A stretch of 64,000 bases of DNA from Pseudomonadota bacterium. Its GTDB lineage: Bacteria > Pseudomonadota > Gammaproteobacteria > Steroidobacterales > Steroidobacteraceae. Both the position numbers and the translations under genes were made by a program. The stretch is taken from positions 19,629 through 83,628 of the forward strand of contig JAEWLQ010000113.1 of assembly GCA_023457495.1 (NCBI GenBank). Reading direction: 5' to 3'. Shown here piece by piece: positions 57,656 through 64,000 of the stretch. Position 1 is the stretch's first letter, and every line of letters begins with the position of its first letter. The notes beneath the pieces were generated by a model. That model ran no database searches, was not told the origin of the DNA, and worked only from the letters and a program-made list of their open reading frames with translations.

Positions 57656-58135
57656 TCAGCATCCGCTGATCTGCAGGGACGGGTTCGCCACCTTCATCTC
57701 GTACAGCACGGCATGGAGGCCGGTGAGCTGCCCCGGGAAGCGGATCTTTCCGTCGCGGTGCTGGAGCTCGTAGCCGGAGAGGTTCGCCTGGATATACAGA
57801 GTGCGCGGTTTGATGGAGAGCACGTTCGCCGCCCGCACCCGGGAAGTGGTGCGGAACGATTTGAACTCGAGCTGCTGGTCGTGCGTGACCGTCAGGCGGT
57901 ACGGAACCGACGCCATCGTCCACGCGAAAACCACGGCGAGCAGGGCAAACAACACCAGCGGAGGCCATGGAAAGTAAGGAGGCATGAGCTTCCCTCCCGG
58001 CGCGTCGATGTTGCTGAACACGACGAATGCGATGATCGGGAAACCCAGGAACACCACGATGGGCGCGATGGCCGCGAACTTCTGCGAGCTCGTCAGCACC
58101 AGGTCGCATTGACGGGGGGTTATCCGGGCGGTCAT
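57656..58135 (-). CDS. membrane protein of unknown function (2 TM + small beta domain)
   Basis: 159 aa. Two hydrophobic helices followed by a beta-rich tail of about 80 aa. No family recognised. Confidence 0.55.
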   Translation of the reverse strand: MTARITPRQCDLVLTSSQKFAAIAPIVVFLGFPIIAFVVFSNIDAPGGKLMPPYFPWPPLVLFALLAVVFAWTMASVPYRLTVTHDQQLEFKSFRTTSRVRAANVLSIKPRTLYIQANLSGYELQHRDGKIRFPGQLTGLHAVLYEMKVANPSLQISGC

Positions 58136-58251
58136 AACGGGTCTCTTGCAGGGTTTTGCCGAAAATTCCGTCGGAAGAATACCGAAATAGCGTGCATTTG
58201 CGGCTCCGCACCCTACACTCTCGCCCCCTCCCCGATGCCCGAGTTTTCCCG

Positions 58252-60090
58252 ATGACTTCTAACACCGCCGCCGTCCCGTTCAGCGAACTCGGCCTCTCCG
58301 AGACCGTGTTGCGCGCGGTGAAAGCCATCGGCTACGAGGCCGCCTCGCCCATCCAGGCGGCGACCATCCCGGCCATGCTCGAGGGCCGGGACATCCTCGG
58401 CCAGGCGCAGACGGGAACGGGCAAGACCGCCGCCTTCGCGCTGCCCGTCCTCTCGCGGCTGGACATGAAAAAGCACGCGCCACAGGCGCTGGTGCTGGTC
58501 CCGACGCGCGAGCTCGCGATCCAGGTCGCCGAGGCATTCCAGAAATACGCCGCCGGACAACATGGCTTCCACGTGTTGCCTATCTACGGCGGCCAGAGTT
58601 ACGTGCCGCAGTTGAACGCGCTCAAGCGCGGACCGCAGGTGGTCGTCGGCACGCCCGGGCGCATCATCGATCACCTCGACCGCCGCACGCTCAAGCTCGA
58701 CGGCATCCGTTGCGTCGTGCTCGACGAGGCGGACGAGATGCTCGCGATGGGCTTCGCCGATGCGATGGATGCGATCCTGTCGCAGACGCCGGAGGACAAA
58801 CAGGTCGCGCTGTTCTCCGCGACGATGGCGCCCAACATCCGCCGCATCGCGCAGACGCACCTCGAGAATCCGCACGAGGTGGTGATCAAGGGCAAATCCG
58901 CCACGGCCGCTAACATCAAGCAGAGCTACTGGATGGTGAGCGGGCTGCACAAGCTCGACGCGCTGACGCGCATCTGCGAAGTGGCGGACTTCGACGCGAT
59001 GCTGGTGTTCGTCCGCACCAAGCAGTCCACGCTGGATCTGGCGGAGCGGCTGCAGGCCCGCGGCTTCGCGGCCGCCGCGTTGAACGGCGACATCCAGCAG
59101 TCGATGCGCGAGAAGATCATCGACCAGCTCAAGAACGGGAAGATAGACATCCTGGTCGCGACCGACGTCGCGGCGCGCGGCCTCGACGTCAAGCGGATCA
59201 CGCACGTCGTGAATTTCGACGTGCCCTACGACACCGAATCGTACGTGCATCGCATCGGCCGCACCGGACGCGCGGGCCGCAGCGGCGAGGCGATCCTGTT
59301 CATCGCGCCGCGCGAACGCAACCTGCTGCGGCTGATCGAGAAGCACACGCGCCAGACCATCGAGCCGCTCAGCCTGCCGACCGCCGAAGACGTGAACACG
59401 AAGCGACTCGCGAAGTTCAAGGCGCGCATCGGCGAGGCGCTCGCGGCGGGCACCGCGGATTTTCATCGCAAGGCGGTGCAGGAAGTGGCGCTCGAGACCG
59501 GCGCGGACCTGCTCACCGTGGCCGCGGCGGTGGCCTCGCTCGTCGAGGGCGGCGGTCCCGTGGCGTCGCGGGCGCCCGAACAGACCTACACCGCGCCGGC
59601 GTTCGAGCGCGATGGCGGCGATGCGCCGCGCAAACCGAAGCGCGAACACGCGCCGAATCCCGACCTGCCTTCGGTCGCGGAAAACGAATTCGCGTTCGAG
59701 GACGACGGCAAGCAGATCACCTGGCGGCTCGCCGTCGGCCGTGAACACGGCGTGCTGGCGGGCAACATCGTCGGCGCGATCGCGAACGAAGCGCGGCTGC
59801 ATGGTCCGCAGATCAACGGCATCGACATCCGGGCCAACTACTCGACGGTGCGGCTGCCGGCCAACCTTTCGCCGTCGGTCATCTCGCGATTGTCGAAGGT
59901 GCGCGTGCGCGGACAGGAGCTCAGACTGGAAGCGGCCGACAACCTGCCACCGCGCGGCAAGCCGAAGTCCTTCAAGCAGGACCGGCCGTACAAGTCGGAC
60001 AAGCCGTACAAGTCGGACAAGCCGTACAAGTCGAACAAGCCTTACAAGCCGTACGCCAAGGGCGGCAAGCACCGGTCGGTCAAGTCTTGA
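58252..60090 (+). CDS. deaD: DEAD-box RNA helicase (DeaD/CsdA-like)
   Basis: Trimmed to Met33. Q-motif region, AQTGTGKTAAF, DEADEM, SAT, HRIGRTGRAG. DbpA-like C-domain plus a repetitive Lys/Pro/Tyr tail. Confidence 0.95.
   Translation: MTSNTAAVPFSELGLSETVLRAVKAIGYEAASPIQAATIPAMLEGRDILGQAQTGTGKTAAFALPVLSRLDMKKHAPQALVLVPTRELAIQVAEAFQKYAAGQHGFHVLPIYGGQSYVPQLNALKRGPQVVVGTPGRIIDHLDRRTLKLDGIRCVVLDEADEMLAMGFADAMDAILSQTPEDKQVALFSATMAPNIRRIAQTHLENPHEVVIKGKSATAANIKQSYWMVSGLHKLDALTRICEVADFDAMLVFVRTKQSTLDLAERLQARGFAAAALNGDIQQSMREKIIDQLKNGKIDILVATDVAARGLDVKRITHVVNFDVPYDTESYVHRIGRTGRAGRSGEAILFIAPRERNLLRLIEKHTRQTIEPLSLPTAEDVNTKRLAKFKARIGEALAAGTADFHRKAVQEVALETGADLLTVAAAVASLVEGGGPVASRAPEQTYTAPAFERDGGDAPRKPKREHAPNPDLPSVAENEFAFEDDGKQITWRLAVGREHGVLAGNIVGAIANEARLHGPQINGIDIRANYSTVRLPANLSPSVISRLSKVRVRGQELRLEAADNLPPRGKPKSFKQDRPYKSDKPYKSDKPYKSNKPYKPYAKGGKHRSVKS
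59980..60054 (+). repeat. 18-bp in-frame tandem repeat (about 3.5-4 copies) in the deaD 3' end
   Basis: GAC(C/A)(G/A)GCCGTACAAGTCG x3, then a degenerate copy. It encodes DRPYKS-DKPYKS-DKPYKS-NKPYKPY. Confidence 0.85.
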
Positions 60091-60592
60091 AGCTGATCAG
60101 GAAAAGCCGCTTCGACGCCGGGTGAAGCAACAGCACCTGGGCGGCGGTTGGCCGACGGTCGTGCAGCGTCACGGACCAGAAGCGAATCATCGTTTGATTC
60201 GAATTGGCCAGCTCGAAGGAAGGAATACATCCGGCGCCCTCGCTAGCCGCTAACTGAATCGCGAGGTCGAGTGCCTCCGATAGTTTCTCGTCCGGCTCGG
60301 GACCGAATCTCCAGGATTCGTGAGGCGATGGATCGACTGCCGCGTCCTCAAGCTGAATGCAATAGTGGTCCGCATGGTCGCCTGTCATGTTTCGCGCGGA
60401 TTTATTTGCATCGATCAGCGACCAGTTCTGGGCCGGCTTCATCTCGGCCCAATTCAGAACGAAAACCGCGTCGTCCCTGTCGGTCACCTTCGAAGAACCC
60501 GAGAAGCTTCGAAACAAAAAAATTGCGATCGCGGCACCGCCGACGATCGCCAGCGCACCGACGCCCTGCAGAAAGATTCGGACGAATTTCAT
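60080..60592 (-). CDS. N-terminally anchored protein of unknown function
   Basis: 170 aa. One N-terminal TM (IFLQGVGALAIVGGAAIAIFLF). Lower GC (about 52%). The 3' end overlaps the deaD 3' end by 11 nt. Confidence 0.55.
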   Translation of the reverse strand: MKFVRIFLQGVGALAIVGGAAIAIFLFRSFSGSSKVTDRDDAVFVLNWAEMKPAQNWSLIDANKSARNMTGDHADHYCIQLEDAAVDPSPHESWRFGPEPDEKLSEALDLAIQLAASEGAGCIPSFELANSNQTMIRFWSVTLHDRRPTAAQVLLLHPASKRLFLISFKT

Positions 60593-60824
60593 TCACCGAG
60601 CATGACTGCGGAATGTGGCGATCCACTGCGACACAGTGGCGGTTTCGGGCATGCGGATGCTGCGTTCGCACATGCGCGCGACAAATACCTCTCCGGCCCG
60701 CATTTGTGCGTAGCACTGAGCTGTCGTCGGATCCCGACAGATCGACAGCGACTTCAGCGCTGTGTACTTACATTCGGCGATCTCGTCCGAGGTCGCACAG
60801 CTTGCTATAGACAGGAGAGTTGGA

Positions 60825-61298
60825 ATGGCGTTGTGGAAAGATCAATCTGGCCGGGAACAGATGTCGGAACCCGCCGCGAAGGCGCCCGAGAAGGTATCCG
60901 TCCTGGCACCGGTGGGCGAGCAGGCAACGCGCCCTGCCCCAACGCCGAATCGCGCGGACGCGTCGACGAAGGAGTCGCTCATCGCCTCCGGCCTCACGAT
61001 CGAGGGAAAGATCGAAGGCGCGGGCAACGTGCGCATCGCCGGCACGTTCAAGGGTGACGTCAGCGTGCAGGGCAACCTGACCATCGAGCCGGGCGCGCAT
61101 CTCACCGGTGGCGTGAAGGCCGACACGGTGGTCGTCGGCGGACAGCTCGACGGCAACATCGATGCCGCCGCGCGCGTCGAACTACTCTCGACGGGCGTGC
61201 TCAACGGCGAACTCAAGGCCGGGTCGCTGACCGTGGCGGCGGGTTCGCGCATGCGCGGCAAGGCGGAATTCGGCTGGGACGAGAAGCCGAAGCACTGA
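60825..61298 (+). CDS. bactofilin family cytoskeletal protein
   Basis: Trimmed to Met22, with GGAG 7 nt upstream. Beta-helix repeats GLTIEGKIEGAGNVRIAGTFKGDVSVQGNLTIEPGAHLTGGVKADTVVVGGQLDGNI. Confidence 0.8.
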   Translation: MALWKDQSGREQMSEPAAKAPEKVSVLAPVGEQATRPAPTPNRADASTKESLIASGLTIEGKIEGAGNVRIAGTFKGDVSVQGNLTIEPGAHLTGGVKADTVVVGGQLDGNIDAAARVELLSTGVLNGELKAGSLTVAAGSRMRGKAEFGWDEKPKH

Positions 61299-61305
61299 CC
61301 GGCAC

Positions 61306-61656
61306 ATGAATGTCCGTGTCGGGACGCCCGGCAAGACGCGAGTCTGTCCCCACTGCAAGTCGACGATCCTGGAGAGCGCCAGGGTCTGTCCGAGTTGCCA
61401 GCACCACCTGCGTTTCGACCGCAAGTCGGACGTAGATAGCCGCAAGCAGCCGACGTTTTCCGCGCTGCGGGTAGAGGGCACGGTCCGTAATCCCGGGGGC
61501 GCGGACTCCTGGGAATATTCGGTCGTGGTGTCGATCCGCAATCACCGCGGCGAGGAAGTGGAACGCAAGGTCGTGGGTGTCGGCGCGCTCGCTCCCGATG
61601 AGACCCGCACCGTGATGCTGTCGGTCGACGTGTTCACGCCGCCCGATTCAAAGTAG
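61306..61656 (+). CDS. zinc-ribbon protein of unknown function
   Basis: 116 aa. CPHC-x11-CPSC followed by a beta-rich domain. It starts 7 nt after the bactofilin stop. Confidence 0.6.
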   Translation: MNVRVGTPGKTRVCPHCKSTILESARVCPSCQHHLRFDRKSDVDSRKQPTFSALRVEGTVRNPGGADSWEYSVVVSIRNHRGEEVERKVVGVGALAPDETRTVMLSVDVFTPPDSK

Positions 61657-62127
61657 CTAGTGCTCGACCCCTGGCGGGGCTCGCTCGAGCCCCTGCCAGG
61701 ACCACTTCGGCATCTCGAGGCCGCCCGGCACGTCGTCCGCCGAGCGGTGATATCGGGCCATCGTGTTTGTCGTCGTCCAGGCGAAATAATCGTGCAGCAC
61801 CTGCCAGAGGCGATCTGCGCGCGAAATACCGATGCGGTCCAGCGCCTGGTCGAAACACGCGATCGCCCGGCGATCCATTTCCTCGTGCACCCCGTTGCCG
61901 CTGTGCATGCGCACCACCGACGTCTCGTCTCCGTAACGCCCGGTGTACAGCGCGGGCCCGCCGAGCGCCTCGGCCCAATAAGCGGCAAGACGCTCGGTGT
62001 GCCGCGGATGAAATCCGTGGCTGAATGCGTGGGAAACCACCTCGTCTTCCATCACGAGCTCATGCCAGGCCTCGGCCAGTCGCGTCACGCCTTCGATACC
62101 ACCCAGAGCTTCATAGACAGACTGCAT
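61657..62127 (-). CDS. group II truncated hemoglobin
   Basis: Trimmed to Met6 (MQSVYEALGG...). The AYWAEALGGPALYTG...MHSGNG pattern is typical of trHbO-type globins. Confidence 0.72.
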   Translation of the reverse strand: MQSVYEALGGIEGVTRLAEAWHELVMEDEVVSHAFSHGFHPRHTERLAAYWAEALGGPALYTGRYGDETSVVRMHSGNGVHEEMDRRAIACFDQALDRIGISRADRLWQVLHDYFAWTTTNTMARYHRSADDVPGGLEMPKWSWQGLERAPPGVEH

Positions 62128-62662
62128 TTCCCTTGCCCTCACTACTCAACAAGATTTGCCAATAGGCCACGTCAACCCATCTTCCCTGCTTGAACCCCAC
62201 CTGCCGGAAAATGCCCGCGTATTCGAAGCCCAGCTTTCTGTGCAGCGCGATACTGGCCTCGTTGGGCAGCGCGGTTCCACCGATGGCCGTGTGGTGTCCG
62301 GACTCCCGGATCCGGGACAGTAGTTTGGCGTAAAGCATCGTTCCCAGGCCTTTTCCTTCGAAGCCGTGCTCGAGGTAGACCGTGGTCTCCAGGGAGTTTC
62401 GATAAGCACTGCGCGCCTTCCAGCGATTCGCATACGCATAACCTGCGACCGCGCCCTTCACCTCCGCGACCAACCATGGAAGTGGTGCGGAGTCGATCTC
62501 CGCGATGCGGTTCGCCATTGCCTCAGTGGGCACGGGATCTTCCTCGAACGTCACCGTCGTGTTCAGCACGTAGTGGTTATAGATCCGCGCAATCGCCGCG
62601 GCATCCGTCGGCCGTACAGGACGGATGAGAAAACCGCTGGCTGCGATCGCTGGAGTGCTCAT
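62111..62662 (-). CDS. GNAT N-acetyltransferase, phosphinothricin/MnaT-like
   Basis: 183 aa. IRPVRPTDAAAIARIYNHYV..TTVTFEE, GKGLGTMLY and LHRKLGFEYAG. Confidence 0.78.
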   Translation of the reverse strand: MSTPAIAASGFLIRPVRPTDAAAIARIYNHYVLNTTVTFEEDPVPTEAMANRIAEIDSAPLPWLVAEVKGAVAGYAYANRWKARSAYRNSLETTVYLEHGFEGKGLGTMLYAKLLSRIRESGHHTAIGGTALPNEASIALHRKLGFEYAGIFRQVGFKQGRWVDVAYWQILLSSEGKGNAVCL

Positions 62663-62810
62663 GAATCACTTCCCTGGCGAAAAACCGTTCGGCGGCCCGA
62701 ATGCCACATGTCCCACATCAGGCATCGCGATCCGGCCGATTGCGCAATATACGCCCGCGAGCGAAACGTCCGGTTCGCGGGAGGCTGCCTGCGATTCGAG
62801 GATATTTCAG

Positions 62811-63542
62811 ATGTCCGAGTTCGCACACTCCGCGGAACGACGTAGCCGGTTCGCCACCCGCCTCGCCCGATTGCGCGCCGCGGTCACCGACCCGCAATCG
62901 CTGCGCGCGTGGAGCGTGATCGCCAACGACGGCATCATTGCCACGGCCGGTATTCTCGAAGGCTTCGCGGGCGCCGGCGCCGGCCACGCGACGCTGGTCA
63001 CCGCGGCCACGTCCGCGACCATCGCCGGCATGTTGAGCGCGGGCGGCTCGGAATGGGCCGAGGCGGCAGCCGAACGTGAAGGTCAATTGTCGGCCGCCGC
63101 GGAAGAAGCGGCCGAACTCGAGCGCCAACCGGAAGTTGAACGCGCCGAACTCGTTGCCTACTACGAGGCAAAGGGACTCAGAACCGAACTCGCGGTCGAG
63201 GTCGCCACGGAGCTGATGGCTCGCGATGCGCTCGACGCCCAGCTCGAAAGCGAGCACGGCATCCTCGAGTTGAAATCACGCGGGGATGTGATGCGCGCGG
63301 GCGTCGGAGGAGCCATCGCGTATGGCATCGGCGCGGTCATTCCGCTGCTGATCACCCTCTCCGCTCCCGTGGAGGCCGAACCCTGGCTGATCCTGGTCGC
63401 GGCGATCGTGTCGCTCACGCTGACGTCGATCGTCAGCGCGCGCACCGGGCACATGAATCTGCCGCGCACGCTGCGACGGACTCTCACCGTCGGCGTCTCT
63501 ACGCTGCTCGTGAGCTACCTGGTGGGCAGGATGATCTTTTGA
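62811..63542 (+). CDS. VIT1/CCC1 family membrane protein
   Basis: Trimmed to Met63. ANDGIIATAGILEGFAGAG, a central charged helix region, and C-terminal TM helices. Confidence 0.7.
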   Translation: MSEFAHSAERRSRFATRLARLRAAVTDPQSLRAWSVIANDGIIATAGILEGFAGAGAGHATLVTAATSATIAGMLSAGGSEWAEAAAEREGQLSAAAEEAAELERQPEVERAELVAYYEAKGLRTELAVEVATELMARDALDAQLESEHGILELKSRGDVMRAGVGGAIAYGIGAVIPLLITLSAPVEAEPWLILVAAIVSLTLTSIVSARTGHMNLPRTLRRTLTVGVSTLLVSYLVGRMIF

Positions 63543-63556
63543 TACAGGACCCGAAA

Positions 63557-63814
63557 TCAGGAGAACAGCGCATGCAGCAGCTGAGCGACCTGGACGAGAC
63601 CGTACAGAACCACGAGCCCCACACCGAAGAAAACCATCCTGGACAACGTACCGCCGCCACTTTCTTGACCGGGCGTCTCGTTGGCGGCTTCGAGCTTGGA
63701 AGCCAGAATCAACATGGGCGCCGCCATGAGCAGCGTAACCACGATGGGCGCCTTGAACGTGATCGCCAGGCACGGCGGGACCACGAGAATCAGTATCAGG
63801 ATGTACTTGATCAT
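63557..63814 (-). CDS. small membrane protein, unknown function
   Basis: 85 aa with three hydrophobic segments. Lower GC. No family recognised. Confidence 0.45.
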   Translation of the reverse strand: MIKYILILILVVPPCLAITFKAPIVVTLLMAAPMLILASKLEAANETPGQESGGGTLSRMVFFGVGLVVLYGLVQVAQLLHALFS

Positions 63815-64000
63815 GCTGTCTGACAGGAATCCGAAGGAGCGAGGCCGATTGCCATCGGATCGTATTCCGCCGGTCGTGCGTTGCGAGCGATCAACAGCTC
63901 AAAGTGTGATGCACTGGTGATTGGTCAAAGCAAACCCGGATTGAGTCGCCACGTGGAATACGTGAGCGCCGAGGCAAACGTCACCCAGGCCAGGTAAGGA

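Noticed and set aside
59980-60054. Short tandem repeats considered as a CRISPR-like or intergenic VNTR array
   Set aside because: The units are contiguous with no spacers, 18 bp long and in frame within deaD. It is a coding hexapeptide repeat.
58213-60072. 619-aa minus-strand ORF covering almost all of deaD
   Set aside because: The product is Arg/His/Leu-rich and low-complexity with no motifs. The opposite strand carries every DEAD-box motif. It is a typical high-GC antisense shadow ORF. The same applies to 4164..5306, 35113..36387, 49711..51621, 22386..23765, 15601..16746 and similar ORFs.
63899-64000. Possible 3' end of a minus-strand gene entering from beyond the window end
   Set aside because: The frame is open from the window edge to a TGA at about 63899 (...GAHVFHVATQSGFALTNHQCITL*). 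With only 33 codons and no recognisable motif, it is not supportable as a feature.

Overview
The window is a high-GC (about 65-70% by eye) proteobacterial chromosome segment. Gene order resembles Xanthomonadales/Nevskiales-type gammaproteobacteria. It is almost entirely densely packed housekeeping operons, mostly on the minus strand. From left to right: tandem lolC/E paralogs; mfd-csiV; a long start/stop-coupled chain lepA-lepB-DUF4845-rnc-era-recO-pdxJ-acpS-(PolB-exo-like exonuclease)-rlmD-nagZ-(LOV-like/degenerate GGDEF); rpoE-rseA-rseB-(CxxC protein); a succinate dehydrogenase operon bracketed by assembly factors (DUF1674-sdhCDAB-sdhE-ygfX); ygfZ; a DUF2339/DUF3999 membrane pair; murI-lysS-prfB (programmed +1 frameshift); recJ; surE-pcm; truD-ispF-ispD-ftsB; eno-kdsA; hrpA; deaD; bactofilin and others. 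I found no rRNA, tRNA, CRISPR array, transposase or integrase. The least ordinary region is a lower-GC insertion (about 43.9-50.0 kb) that splits the normally contiguous eno | ftsB-ispDF block. It carries a Phd/PIN toxin-antitoxin pair, an orphan double-glycine-leader peptide gene with an adjacent lipoprotein gene, an M16 peptidase and small unknown genes. Other points for a second look are a LOV-type PAS domain lacking its photoactive Cys fused to a degenerate GGDEF, a hidden DUF1674/SDHAF4-like mini-ORF, and a 27-bp inverted repeat around an AT-rich core next to pcm. Many long track ORFs are antisense shadows or 5'-overextended. I trimmed starts by codon arithmetic from the track coordinates. 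Coordinates for features not in the track may be off by 1-2 nt. All family names come from motif recognition by eye; no database search was run.
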